Source: Candidatus Micrarchaeia archaeon
GTDB lineage: Archaea > Micrarchaeota > Micrarchaeia > Micrarchaeales > CABMGC01
Direction of reading: 5' to 3'
Assembly (NCBI GenBank): GCA_049976305.1
Contig: JBMFIM010000001.1
Span: 1 to 64,000 of the forward strand
DNA length: 64,000 nt
A program made the translations under genes and the position numbers. The notes beneath the pieces were generated by a model. It searched no databases. It was not told the DNA's origin and saw only the letters and a list, made by a program, of their open reading frames with translations. Shown piece by piece: positions 47,950 through 58,064 of this stretch. Position 1 is the stretch's first letter; each line of letters starts with the position of its first letter.

Positions 47950-49491
47950 ATGAAACCCTTCATCACTATGATTACGCTGGCTTTATTATTAGGCTTCGCC
48001 AGCGCACAGATAAACGGGGCACTCTCGATAGCAAATTTGGCAGTTACACCCAATCCAGCAATAGCAGGAAGTAATATAACAATAATTTTCCAGCTATACA
48101 ACTCCTATGACAATTCGCTCAAAAACATAAACATGCACCTAGAAGGCACGTATCCCTTGCTTAACTTCTCTCCCTCTGGCACATATGAAATAAGCAGCGT
48201 AGGGCAAGGGTTGTCAGAAATATACACATATACTCTTCACATTCCCAAAACCGCACAGGAGGGGACCTATACGCTTAACCTCGTTGCTACCTACGAAACT
48301 GCCTCGCCTATAATAGGGGGCAGCGAGGAAATAGGCAGTTCGATAATGCCAATAACAATATTCATCTACAACTTTCCAAACATCACCATAAATGCAGCAA
48401 TGCAGGCTATTCCTGGCAGCGAAGCGCAAGCAGGAATTACAATAAGCAACGTAGGTTATGGGAATGCAAGGAACGTGCATTTGATCTTGCTAAACTCCAC
48501 ATACTTTACCCCGTTAGGAGCCAAATCTTTTAGCTTAGGCACCGTACCTCCTTCTGCGACCTTGCAACAAGTAGCGCAGTATTATGTTTCAAGAAATATA
48601 ACGAGCGGAGAACACCGTCTTGCTTTCCTAGTAAACTATACCACAGATACAAACCAAACAATAAGCAGGCTTGTCTATGCTTATGTAGAAGTAAAAATCA
48701 ATAAGCCAGCAATAAAAGTGAATGTAGCAAGCGCACAGCCGCAGACATTATCTCCTGGCTACAATCAGACAGTTATGCTCTCCATCCAAAATACAGGCAC
48801 TGGCATAGCAAGGAACATAACAATAAGCCTATATCCAGGAAATGGAACGGTGCTCTTGAGCTCTATACGAAACTACTTTATAAGCTCGCTCGAGCCTTCT
48901 GCGGTTCAGCAAATACCTGTACTAGTAGGTGCTAATGGAGGGGCAGGCAAGGCAGAAATAATAGCTAACGTCACCTACTACTCTGCAAACTACGATGAGT
49001 CGTTTGCGTCTAGACAACTCCTTAACCTTACCTTATTCCCAATTGCGCAGTTTACCATAATTGGGGAAAAGTCTGCACTATATCCTGGGGCAACCGATGT
49101 ACCAGTAACGCTGGAAGTAGAAAACACAGGAAATGAAGAAGCAGATAACATACAGTTTAGCATGCAAAGTGTTTACCCAATATCCCCAATAGCAAGCACA
49201 TACTACTTGGCAAAGCTTATGCCGGGCCAGATCGCCAACATAACTTTCTTGGCAAGCGCCGATTCGCAAGGTGAGCCTGGAAGCTATCCTATAACAGTAT
49301 TTGCAGAGTGGAAGCAGCCAAACGGTGCCATAAACCAAGAGTATACTGGCACAATCAATTACTTTGCAACAGTTTCTGCCACTGCCAGTAACGGGAGCCT
49401 CTACGATGGCCTAGTCATAATTGCAATAGTAGTAATAGTTTTGGCATATGCTGCGCTAAAGGCGCATTCCAAAGCCAGAAGGAAGAGATAA
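47950..49491 (+). CDS. S-layer-like (COG1361-type) surface protein
   Basis: signal peptide, repeated NxGxxxAxNI Ig-like modules, C-terminal TM plus basic tail. Confidence 0.8.
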   Translation: MKPFITMITLALLLGFASAQINGALSIANLAVTPNPAIAGSNITIIFQLYNSYDNSLKNINMHLEGTYPLLNFSPSGTYEISSVGQGLSEIYTYTLHIPKTAQEGTYTLNLVATYETASPIIGGSEEIGSSIMPITIFIYNFPNITINAAMQAIPGSEAQAGITISNVGYGNARNVHLILLNSTYFTPLGAKSFSLGTVPPSATLQQVAQYYVSRNITSGEHRLAFLVNYTTDTNQTISRLVYAYVEVKINKPAIKVNVASAQPQTLSPGYNQTVMLSIQNTGTGIARNITISLYPGNGTVLLSSIRNYFISSLEPSAVQQIPVLVGANGGAGKAEIIANVTYYSANYDESFASRQLLNLTLFPIAQFTIIGEKSALYPGATDVPVTLEVENTGNEEADNIQFSMQSVYPISPIASTYYLAKLMPGQIANITFLASADSQGEPGSYPITVFAEWKQPNGAINQEYTGTINYFATVSATASNGSLYDGLVIIAIVVIVLAYAALKAHSKARRKR

Positions 49492-49530
49492 AGAAAAGCA
49501 TTATAAAAGTTCATAAGCAAAAAGAGAAAC

Positions 49531-49686
49531 ATGGCACAACTTACTTCGCCAGCACAGCAGGCAGGCATACTTAGCTTTTATGATGCGCCAGAAAAGGGGC
49601 CAAGGATAGGCGTAAAGACATTGCTGCTTGCTGTTTTGATTTTTACGCTGTTGATAATCATATTTGACAAAGTACTGGTTGTGTAG
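49531..49686 (+). CDS. Sec61-beta (archaeal SecG) translocase subunit, not in ORF track
   Basis: MAQLTSPAQQAGILSFYDAPEKGPRI + single TM, 51 aa. Confidence 0.8.
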   Translation: MAQLTSPAQQAGILSFYDAPEKGPRIGVKTLLLAVLIFTLLIIIFDKVLVV

Positions 49687-49694
49687 ATAAGTTC

Positions 49695-50517
49695 ATGCTC
49701 GCTCCGATTCAATATATCTTTGCAATTATTTCTGGAGTGATTGTTGGATTTTCGCTAGGCTTAATAGGAGGAGGCGGATCTATTCTCGCAGTTCCCTCTT
49801 TCTTTACTTTGTGGGCTTAGATCAATGCCAGACGCTGTACATATTGTTGTTGGCACTACTGCACTTGCAGTGGGAATAAATGCCTATATTAATTCCTATA
49901 TGCATTTGAGAAAAAAGAATGTGGCAATAAGAGTAGGTGGCCTGTTTGCAATAATTGGCATTTTTGGCTCCTTGCTGGGCGCGTATCTGGGAAGAATAAC
50001 TCCTGGCACAGACTTGCTTACTTACTTTGCAATCAGCATGATAGTGCTAGGCATTTATATGACTCTAAGAAAAGAGCCTACATTTACAGGAACCAAGGAG
50101 GAAGCATTGAGACTAAGAAAAGCTACACAAAAATACCCAAAGCTGAATGCAAAGAGTGCGGCTAAGGTAAGCGCATTGGGATTTATTGTAGGCGTGGTTA
50201 GCGGATATTTTGGAATAGGAGGTGGCTTCTTAATAGTACCTTCGCTGATGTTTTCTTCTGGGCTGTGCATAACAAGGGCCATAGGCACCAGCTTAATAAG
50301 CGTTGGTAGCTTTGGAGTTGCTAGCGGTCTAGAATATGCTGCATTTGGAGATGTTCTTTTCATGGTTTCTCTCCTTTATATCGTTGGAGGAGTAGGCGGC
50401 GGCTATCTTGGAACTTCGCTAGCTGTAAAGGCGCCTAAGAAAGCCTTGCGAATAGCATATGGAATAATTATTGTACTTGTTGGAATTTACATTCTTTTCA
50501 AGGTCGGTGTATTCTGA
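49695..50517 (+). pseudogene. TauE/SafE sulfite-exporter family permease, frameshifted twice (pseudogene or sequencing error)
   Basis: GLIGGGGSILAVP in one frame, LFLYFVGL in a second, remainder with GIGGGFLIVP in the third. Confidence 0.75.
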
Positions 50518-50550
50518 CATCCTCCCACGAATAAATCGTAGGCTTTCTGC
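50514..50550 (-). mobile_element. isolated IS200/IS605 right-end hairpin remnant
   Basis: minus strand AAAGCCTACGATTTATTCGTGGGAGGATGTCA resembles the right end at 20526-20560. Confidence 0.65.
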
Positions 50551-50565
50551 TAAGCATTCTGTAAG

Positions 50566-51402
50566 CTATTCGACAAGCGCAAAAACATCTTTTCTGTTTT
50601 CGGTCACATCGCCCTGCTCAGCCAACAGGTAGAGCGTCCCTCTTATCGCTTCCTCATCCTGATGCAACAGGGTTGCAAGCTCACTCACTTTCTTGGGCCC
50701 GTTCTTTAGCTGCTTGACTAGTTCAGTTCCAAGCTTGTCAAAAAACGACTTCATGAATATGTAGTACTTTTTGTTGAACGCCCTTGTACCTATAACTTGG
50801 CCCTGCCTTATGCTTTCAGACACCGCCATTGACAAAGCGGCAGCTTCAGCCTCTGTAGGCAAAACAACATACCCTTTGCTCTCCAGCGCTTTTACATTCT
50901 CGTTTTCTATGCCGGGCTTCACTTTAAGCAACGTCGGCTCGACTTCCCCCCATGCACGAGCCTGGTCTATCTCCTCCTTCTCCTTTGGCTTTTTCCTCAA
51001 CAAGAAGGTATCGTAAACATGCTTTGAAATGCTGTAAAGCTTCTCCTTCCTCTTTTCATCGTTGTATAGCACTACTGCTTTCTTAGCGATTAGACTTGAC
51101 AAAACCTTCTTTTCGCTCTCGTTAAGCAAGCCCGCTACCCTTTGCTCGGTTCTTGAAGGATATCTAATAGTATCTAACTTTTTGAGAACGTCAAGTTCTT
51201 CTTTTGTGAATTCTCCGGGCTCTGCAGATGGCTGACTAGAGGAGAGCAGTGACACTACATCTTCCTTCTTTGCAAACAAAAATGCGTTATCGCTAAACTT
51301 GAAAAAATCAACCTCGTCGTTTTGGTTAAGGTGAAGTTGCGCGACAACATCATAGGGGATGTAGATTAAGTATTTGTTATCCTTTTTGTAGACCTTTACC
51401 GT
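50566..51402 (-). CDS. hypothetical protein with N-terminal AbrB/MazE-like segment and C-terminal wHTH
   Basis: open frame extends 41 codons above track start to ACG 51402: (M)VKVYKKDNKYLIYIPYDVVAQLHL...DEVDF. Confidence 0.7.
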   Translation of the reverse strand, partial: TVKVYKKDNKYLIYIPYDVVAQLHLNQNDEVDFFKFSDNAFLFAKKEDVVSLLSSSQPSAEPGEFTKEELDVLKKLDTIRYPSRTEQRVAGLLNESEKKVLSSLIAKKAVVLYNDEKRKEKLYSISKHVYDTFLLRKKPKEKEEIDQARAWGEVEPTLLKVKPGIENENVKALESKGYVVLPTEAEAAALSMAVSESIRQGQVIGTRAFNKKYYIFMKSFFDKLGTELVKQLKNGPKKVSELATLLHQDEEAIRGTLYLLAEQGDVTENRKDVFALVE

Positions 51403-51443
51403 ATGGACACCCTTTTAAAATGTATTCTACGTTATATGGTTGT

Positions 51444-52973
51444 ATGCAAGACTTAAAATGGTTTTCTAAATTCACAAAACAGACGCTTAGTTCAGAAGAA
51501 ATGAAAGTAGTGGAACTTAATGCTGAGAATCTGGGAATTACTGAGTTGCAAATGATGGAAAGCGCAGGCAAAGCAGTGGCAGACTTCGTAGAACAGCATT
51601 TTAAAGACAGGAAAAACCTACTTGTGCTATGCGGCAGCGGCAATAATGGTGGCGATGGCTTTGTAACTGCGAGATACCTTAGCAAAAACCATAATGTTGT
51701 AGTTGGGATCGCTGGTGGTAGGGAGAAGATAAAAGGGGCTTCTTCCCTTATAAACCTGAAAGCGCTCGAAGCTTGCGGAGTGGAACTAGTAGAAAATGTA
51801 GAATATGAACTTAGAACGCGGCTTGACCATGCAGACTTAGTAGTTGACGCTTTGGTAGGGACAGGATTCCACGGTTCGCTGAGAAGCCCTCTAAAAGAGA
51901 TAGCTAGAATGTTAAACAATTCGAAAAAAGAGGTAGTGGCGATAGACCTTCCATCTGGGCTCGACGCCACAACTGGATATGAGAAAGAAGCGGTAAAGGC
52001 TACATATACAGTAACATTCCATAAAATGAAAGAAGGCCTGCTAAAATCTAAAAAGGCAGGGAAGATTGTTTGCTCAGATATAGGAATACCGCTAAAGGCT
52101 GAAGTTTTTACCGGACCTGGAGATCTGTGGAGGGCAGTACCAAAGAAAGAGCTGTTTGATAATAAACTTAGCCATGGACGAGTCCTAATATTAGGAGGCA
52201 GTGAAGAGTTTTACGGCGCGCCTTCAATGGCTGCGATTGCTGCGTACAACGCGCTTGCTACTTTAAGGTCTGGTGCTGGCTATGTCGTATTAATGGTACC
52301 TAACTCTATTCTGAAAGTTGCTAGAGAAGTGTCTCCCAACTTAATAGTAAGAGCTGCAGGAGAAGACTATATTACAAACCTAAAAGCCATAAAACAAGAG
52401 ATAGACAAAAGCAGCGTAATAGGAATTGGAATGGGAATAGGGCGTAGCATAGAGGTTCTTGAAGCCACAAAAGAAATCATAAAATACGCACTTGATAAAA
52501 ACAAAAGGCTTGTAATAGATGCGGATGCACTCTACGCCTTGGGAAGAAGCCCCTTAAACAAGAATGCCGTACTCACTCCTCAGGAAAAGGAGTTTGAAAC
52601 TCTTTATGGAAGAAAGCCTGAGGCAGAGATTGATAAAAGGGTAAGACAAGCAATCAAACTTGCCAACACATTAAATGCAGTAGTTGCATTGAAGGGTCAT
52701 ATTACTGTAATAACCGATGGAAAGCAAGTAAAGCTTAATGAGACAGAAACTGCTGCACTGGCGACCATGGGAACCGGAGATGTGTTAACAGGTATTATTG
52801 CAGGTTTTGCAACTAATAACGCTCAATCAATGTTCAACATTACAGCAGGAGCCATATATCTCCATGGAAGAATTGGAGATGTATTAGCAAAAGAGAAAGG
52901 GACGCACATACTAGCTAGTGATCTTATAGATCAAATTCCACTCATAGCTGCGCAATATAGTGCTGTGGTTTGA
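51444..52973 (+). CDS. nnr: bifunctional NAD(P)H-hydrate epimerase/dehydratase
   Basis: GSGNNGGDG, DLPSG, IDADAL, TMGTGDVL. Confidence 0.94.
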   Translation: MQDLKWFSKFTKQTLSSEEMKVVELNAENLGITELQMMESAGKAVADFVEQHFKDRKNLLVLCGSGNNGGDGFVTARYLSKNHNVVVGIAGGREKIKGASSLINLKALEACGVELVENVEYELRTRLDHADLVVDALVGTGFHGSLRSPLKEIARMLNNSKKEVVAIDLPSGLDATTGYEKEAVKATYTVTFHKMKEGLLKSKKAGKIVCSDIGIPLKAEVFTGPGDLWRAVPKKELFDNKLSHGRVLILGGSEEFYGAPSMAAIAAYNALATLRSGAGYVVLMVPNSILKVAREVSPNLIVRAAGEDYITNLKAIKQEIDKSSVIGIGMGIGRSIEVLEATKEIIKYALDKNKRLVIDADALYALGRSPLNKNAVLTPQEKEFETLYGRKPEAEIDKRVRQAIKLANTLNAVVALKGHITVITDGKQVKLNETETAALATMGTGDVLTGIIAGFATNNAQSMFNITAGAIYLHGRIGDVLAKEKGTHILASDLIDQIPLIAAQYSAVV

Positions 52974-54859
52974 TGACTGCCCCTATTGCTTTAATGAAAA
53001 CAGCATTCGTTGCGAGTCTAAAGAAGGCAATAGAAACTGCATTCAAAAGTCTTGAGGTAGAAGCGCTTAAAATCGAAGATACAATACTTATACCTGAAGA
53101 GGGATTCGGTGATTTGAGCACATCTGTGTCTTTTAAGATTAGCAAAATAGTAAAAAGAAAACCCAGTGAGATAGCTAAAGAGATTATTGAAAAAATGGGA
53201 AAGCCTTCTTTCGCTAGTAAGCTAGAAGAAGCAAATGGTTACATAAACCTGTTTTTCAATGAAAGAGAGTATGCAAAGCTAGTCATAGAAACAGTAATTG
53301 AAGAAGGCGATTTTTATGGCTCTGCTAACATAGGAGAAGACAAAAAGGTGCTTGTTGAGTATCCAAGTGTCAACCCAACAAAGCCTTGGCATATAGGCCA
53401 CCTTAGAAATGCTCTCCTTGGCGATTCGATTGCTAACTTGCTAGAATTTTGCGGCTACAAGGTAGAAAGAGAAGACTATATAGACGACTTAGGCTTGCAA
53501 GTAGCTGAAACGCTATGGGGAATAAAGCACTTAGGAAGCAGTCCAAAAGGCATGAAGTTTGACAGATTTCTCGGAGAACAGTATGTAGATGTAAATAAGA
53601 GGCTTTCAGAAAACCCAGAAGTTGAAAAGGAAATCGGCGAAATATTAAAGAAGATGGAAGCTGGCAACACCGAAGAGGCTCGAATGGCGAGAGAAGTGTC
53701 TGAGAGATGCGTAAGGGCGCAGTACCAGACCGCATATTCATATGGCCTTTACCATGACGTTCTTATATGGGAAAGCGATATTGTAAAAAGCAAGCTCCTA
53801 GATAAAGCCAAAATACTTGCGCAGGAAAAAGGGGTCATAGAAAACATTAACGAAGGAAAGTACAAGGGCTGCATTGTACTCGATTTGGAAAAGGTGAAAG
53901 GCGTTGCAAAGGAGTTTGAAAACCCGAAAGAAAAATACAAGGTGCTTATCAGAAGCAATGGTGTTGCAACGTACGCAATGAAGGATTTCGCATTCCACTT
54001 ATGGAAGTTCGGCGAAATAAAGGCAGAGATAACCTTTGAACTTTTTGACAAACAGCCAAACGGAAAGCAGCTATATAGCAGCTCGCCAAATGGCAAATAT
54101 ATGGAATTTGGCAATGCAGATATGGTAATAAACATAATTGACAGAAGCCAGAGCCACGAACAGGCTTCAGTAAAGGCGCTGCTATCGCTTGTGGCCAGTG
54201 GCAACAAGCAACTTATTCACCTTCCATATGGGGTCGTAAGGCTAGCTAGTGGCACATTAAGTGGGAGGCGAGGAGGCTGGCTTGGCGAGCGAGAATATAC
54301 CGCTGACGAATTACTCAAAGAAGCGACAATTAAAACTTTGGAGAAAACAAAAGAAAGCAGTAAGCTTGCACAAGGTGAGGTTGAAAAAACTGCAAAGGAA
54401 GTTGCGCTAGCGGCTATAAAATTTGAGTATTTGCGTGTTTCTCCTGAAAAGGACATTGTGTTCGATTGGGAAAGGGCTCTAAATCTTGAGGCGAATAGTG
54501 GGCCATATGTTCTTTATACTTATGCAAGGGCCAGCAGCATACTGGAAAAGGGCGGCTTTGAGCTAATGCCACCGAATGGAAAGGCTTATGAGTTTCTTAC
54601 TAGGGAAGAAGATTACGAGCTTGTAAAGCATATCGCCGTATTTCCAGAAGTAGTAGAAAGAGCATGCAAGGAATTGAAACCAAACCTTATTACAAACTAC
54701 CTAATCGATATTGCAACAATATTTAGCAAATTCTATGAGAAGATGCCAGTAATCAAGAGCGAAGCCAGGGAGTTAAGGCTCTCACTGGTATATGCAACCA
54801 AACAAGTTATAAAAAACGGCCTTGCCCTTCTCGGAGTACACGCCTTAGAAGCCCTTTAA
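52970..54859 (+). CDS. argS: arginine--tRNA ligase
   Basis: EYPSVNPTKPWHIGHLRN, GPYVLYTYARA. Confidence 0.95.
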   Translation: MMTAPIALMKTAFVASLKKAIETAFKSLEVEALKIEDTILIPEEGFGDLSTSVSFKISKIVKRKPSEIAKEIIEKMGKPSFASKLEEANGYINLFFNEREYAKLVIETVIEEGDFYGSANIGEDKKVLVEYPSVNPTKPWHIGHLRNALLGDSIANLLEFCGYKVEREDYIDDLGLQVAETLWGIKHLGSSPKGMKFDRFLGEQYVDVNKRLSENPEVEKEIGEILKKMEAGNTEEARMAREVSERCVRAQYQTAYSYGLYHDVLIWESDIVKSKLLDKAKILAQEKGVIENINEGKYKGCIVLDLEKVKGVAKEFENPKEKYKVLIRSNGVATYAMKDFAFHLWKFGEIKAEITFELFDKQPNGKQLYSSSPNGKYMEFGNADMVINIIDRSQSHEQASVKALLSLVASGNKQLIHLPYGVVRLASGTLSGRRGGWLGEREYTADELLKEATIKTLEKTKESSKLAQGEVEKTAKEVALAAIKFEYLRVSPEKDIVFDWERALNLEANSGPYVLYTYARASSILEKGGFELMPPNGKAYEFLTREEDYELVKHIAVFPEVVERACKELKPNLITNYLIDIATIFSKFYEKMPVIKSEARELRLSLVYATKQVIKNGLALLGVHALEAL

Positions 54860-54860
54860 C

Positions 54861-55748
54861 TCACCTTATAAGATCTATTATAAGCAGACCCGAAACAATA
54901 AGTATGCCTCCAAATACTTCAATAGGGTAATAACTACCAAGCAGAATGCTGCCTGCCAAGACTATAAGTACATCTGCGTACTCAAAATCATTAATAAAGT
55001 TTCTTTTCACTACAGCCTGTTCGGTGTCCTCTGTCCTTAGAAAACTTACTGCAGCAAGCTCTAGTACTGAGCCCCCAACAAACACAATGCCGCTAAGCAG
55101 ACCTAGAAGAAGGTACACTACGCTTATGTCTGCAAAGGCAAAAGACGGTGAAAAAAGCAGACCAAATAAAAGCAGAAATACCGGTTCAAACAAAACTTTC
55201 GACCCTACAGGATATTTATGAATCCTATAATATTGCAAATAATAGCCAACCCCCGCTAGAGTTGCTATAGCTAATGCGAAAGGGATTGCCGAAACTTGGA
55301 ATACAGAATTTTCTGTTTCTGCAAAATACGCACCGATACTAACTAAAGTCACACCTATAACTAAGAGGGCAAGAATTTTGGGTCTCATCTTAGTATGGTA
55401 TCTAAACAAATCAATCAACAAAAAGATAAGGGCAGAAATGTCCACTAACGAATACATACTGGCCAAGGTGAACCTTAAGTAGCCCAAGTAGAGAATTAGC
55501 ACATATAAGATGACAGCAAATGAGGCGACACAGCTAAACAGCCAATATTTTGGCACTTTGGGCTTTGTCTTCACCTTTGTAAAATATAAGTAAGAAGGAA
55601 GGCTAATAAACCCGCCGATAGCAAACAAGATAAGACTGGTGCCGAAATTAATAGCTTTTAAAACCATGAATTCAGTTATTCCTCCAACACCGTAAAGAAT
55701 AGAGCTAAGAACCATATAGTAATAACTTCTTAGTTCAGTGGCGTCCAT
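54861..55748 (-). CDS. DMT/EamA-like multi-pass membrane protein
   Basis: about 10 TM segments in two repeats. Confidence 0.6.
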   Translation of the reverse strand: MDATELRSYYYMVLSSILYGVGGITEFMVLKAINFGTSLILFAIGGFISLPSYLYFTKVKTKPKVPKYWLFSCVASFAVILYVLILYLGYLRFTLASMYSLVDISALIFLLIDLFRYHTKMRPKILALLVIGVTLVSIGAYFAETENSVFQVSAIPFALAIATLAGVGYYLQYYRIHKYPVGSKVLFEPVFLLLFGLLFSPSFAFADISVVYLLLGLLSGIVFVGGSVLELAAVSFLRTEDTEQAVVKRNFINDFEYADVLIVLAGSILLGSYYPIEVFGGILIVSGLLIIDLIR

Positions 55749-55809
55749 CTTTACCTTTACAAATTTACTTTGCTTATGTTTATATACTTTTAATTGTTAA
55801 AATACTAAA

Positions 55810-55904
55810 GGGCCCGTAGCTCAGCTTGGACAGAGCGGCGCCGTCCTAAGGCGAAGGCCGTGGGTTCAAAATAAGCTTGGCTTATGACAATCCCACCGGG
55901 CCCG
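55810..55904 (+). tRNA. tRNA-Arg(CCT) with 20-nt intron at 59/60 (55871-55890)
   Basis: acceptor GGGCCCG/CGGGCCC; removing ATAAGCTTGGCTTATGACAA restores T-loop TTCAAAT. Confidence 0.88.
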
Positions 55905-55915
55905 ATGGCGATAAG

Positions 55916-56929
55916 ATGACAAAAGCCGAAGAACCTAAAGAACCTAAGGTAGTAGTAAAGCCTGTAGGCGGGCTTGGCGGCTTAGACCAGATTCACGTAG
56001 CGTTAATAATACTAGTTTGTGTGCTAGTGGCGCTTGTTGTTGTGCTGGCATACTACAGGCCTACAGCAATTACTGTAGTAAACAACACTACAGCAGCTAA
56101 ACCCATGCACACTTCCTCGGAAATGCTAAATCTTACAGAAAGGTTGCTTGCAAGCTATAACAATCTCAACTCCTCACTAAACCTTCTGCCGTATATAACC
56201 AACATCAGCGCTGCTAACATAACCTACATATCGAGCATTAAATCGTGGCTCATAAGGGTTCCTGCAGCAAATCCAGCAACAAACGTTTCTTTCTACGTTA
56301 CCTTTTTGATAAATGACTCCAATACATCAAAAGTGCTGCCACTTATACAGACGGTGCTGCCCGCAAAACTTTCACAAAACAAAGTAGTGGCAAAGGGAGT
56401 GGTTCAATTATACAACCATTATCCGTGCAACAAGCAGCCTATGCCGGTTTATTGGTTTATAGATCCATATGCACCCGGTGGCATAAAGAGCTTAAACTAT
56501 GCAGTACAACTGCAGAATATGCTAAAGGGCAAAGTCAATGTGACAATAAAGATATTCAGCACGCAGGCGACACAGGCAATAGCAAGCCAGTATGGCATAG
56601 CAAATGCGCAGCTTCTAGGCAAGTACATATTCTGTGCTTCGCTTCAGCCAAATTTTGAAAAGTTTGCAAACATTTTGAGCTCTCTGTTTGCAGGCTCTTT
56701 CATGGGCCAGATAGAGCTCAGCAACATAGCCAACGAATCTGGGCTCAATTATTCTGAATTAAGCTCTTGTATAGGCACCTCTCAACCAATAATCAACAAT
56801 CAGGCTCTTCTAGCAAGCTACTACAACATTACTCAAGTGCCAAGCGTTATCGTTGACTGCAACCTTATGACTTTGCCTCAGACCGCTTACGATGCTGTCT
56901 GCTTTGCAAATAGCACACTTTGCAGGTGA
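55916..56929 (+). CDS. membrane-anchored protein with C-terminal thioredoxin/DsbA-like fold
   Basis: N-terminal TM; YWFIDPYAP and YNITQVPSVIVDC; no CxxC; start moved to ATG 55916 outside the tRNA. Confidence 0.6.
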   Translation: MTKAEEPKEPKVVVKPVGGLGGLDQIHVALIILVCVLVALVVVLAYYRPTAITVVNNTTAAKPMHTSSEMLNLTERLLASYNNLNSSLNLLPYITNISAANITYISSIKSWLIRVPAANPATNVSFYVTFLINDSNTSKVLPLIQTVLPAKLSQNKVVAKGVVQLYNHYPCNKQPMPVYWFIDPYAPGGIKSLNYAVQLQNMLKGKVNVTIKIFSTQATQAIASQYGIANAQLLGKYIFCASLQPNFEKFANILSSLFAGSFMGQIELSNIANESGLNYSELSSCIGTSQPIINNQALLASYYNITQVPSVIVDCNLMTLPQTAYDAVCFANSTLCR

Positions 56930-56933
56930 ATTC

Positions 56934-57404
56934 ATACACATCATTGTAGGAATAGATGGCGGTAAGACTGCTGCGATAGCGTGCATAGACTTATACGGCA
57001 GGCCAATCAGGCTTTTCACAGGAAGATATGTGGGCTTGAGCTGGTTCGTCAATATGATAAGAGAGGTTGGCGAGCCGGTAATAATAGCGAGCGACAAAAA
57101 GAAGCCGGATGAAATTGTAAAGAAGCTTGGTGCTGTTTTTGGAGCTGTGGTATTTTCACCTCAAGAGGATCTTACAGTAGATAAGAAGGAGGAACTGGCT
57201 AATCACGCATTTGAAAACCTTCATGAAAGAGATGCCCTTGCCGCAGCTAAGGCCGCTTACAATGCATATGCTAACAAGCTAAAGCAGGCAAGCAAGAAAG
57301 CAATAGAACATGGCATTGAAGCGGATAAGGCAATGACTTTGGTGATTGAGCGATACTCAATGCACGAAGCAATTACCGGGAAAAAGGCAAACAGGAAAAA
57401 ATAG
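56934..57404 (+). CDS. DUF460-like RNase H-fold protein
   Basis: IIVGIDGGKTAAIA, IIASDK, HERDALAAA; proposed ATA start after GGTGA. Confidence 0.78.
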   Translation: MHIIVGIDGGKTAAIACIDLYGRPIRLFTGRYVGLSWFVNMIREVGEPVIIASDKKKPDEIVKKLGAVFGAVVFSPQEDLTVDKKEELANHAFENLHERDALAAAKAAYNAYANKLKQASKKAIEHGIEADKAMTLVIERYSMHEAITGKKANRKK

Positions 57405-57967
57405 TCACGGTGGAGCCTGCAGATGGCCTATGATACTTGAAAGACCGACGAAAAGCGCAGCGATGACCACAAGCGCCAAGACAACGCCAAGGAGATAGTA
57501 TAGTGCTTTGCCGCTTCCTTTAGGGCTCAAGTAAACCACAGGCGACAGGATTGCTGAGATTGCTGAGAGAAGGAAGAAGCTTAGGGCTGGCAGAAGGTAA
57601 ACGCCCTTTTCTAAGCCGAATGCCACCATGCCATAGCTCTCTGCGAACAGGTATATGCCTAGAAGAAAGCCTAGTAAAGATATAGGCCTTACATCAAAGT
57701 TTTCATGAAGTGCATAGGCGCCTGCAAGCATTATTATTCCCAAAATCAGCATTGGGTCTCCAAAAAGCATGTTATAGGCGCCGGGCAATGGCCAGAAGAA
57801 GCTCAAGTAAAAGCCGCTTAGAAAGTCAAAGGCACCAAGGGTGAACATTACAGGAGCAAGAATGGCAAGATTTCTCTTGCCCTTGGCAAGCCCGAATACT
57901 GCATAAGCCAAAAATGCTGCGCTGGCAGAGGCTCCCAAAAGCATTACGGCAAGTGGTCTACAAACAT
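57405..57967 (-). CDS. DUF981-like membrane protein with a 1-nt frameshift near the start
   Basis: WPLPGAYNMLFGDP; ATG TTT GTA GAC C(C)A CTT GCC needs one extra C to join the body. Confidence 0.7.
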
Positions 57968-58064
57968 AGCACCACAATCTGATTGAAAAGAAAAAGTTTA
58001 TAAGAATGCTAGCCAAAAGAAGCATTCAGCAAATTAATTTAAATAAGGCGGGCATCTAAAAATT

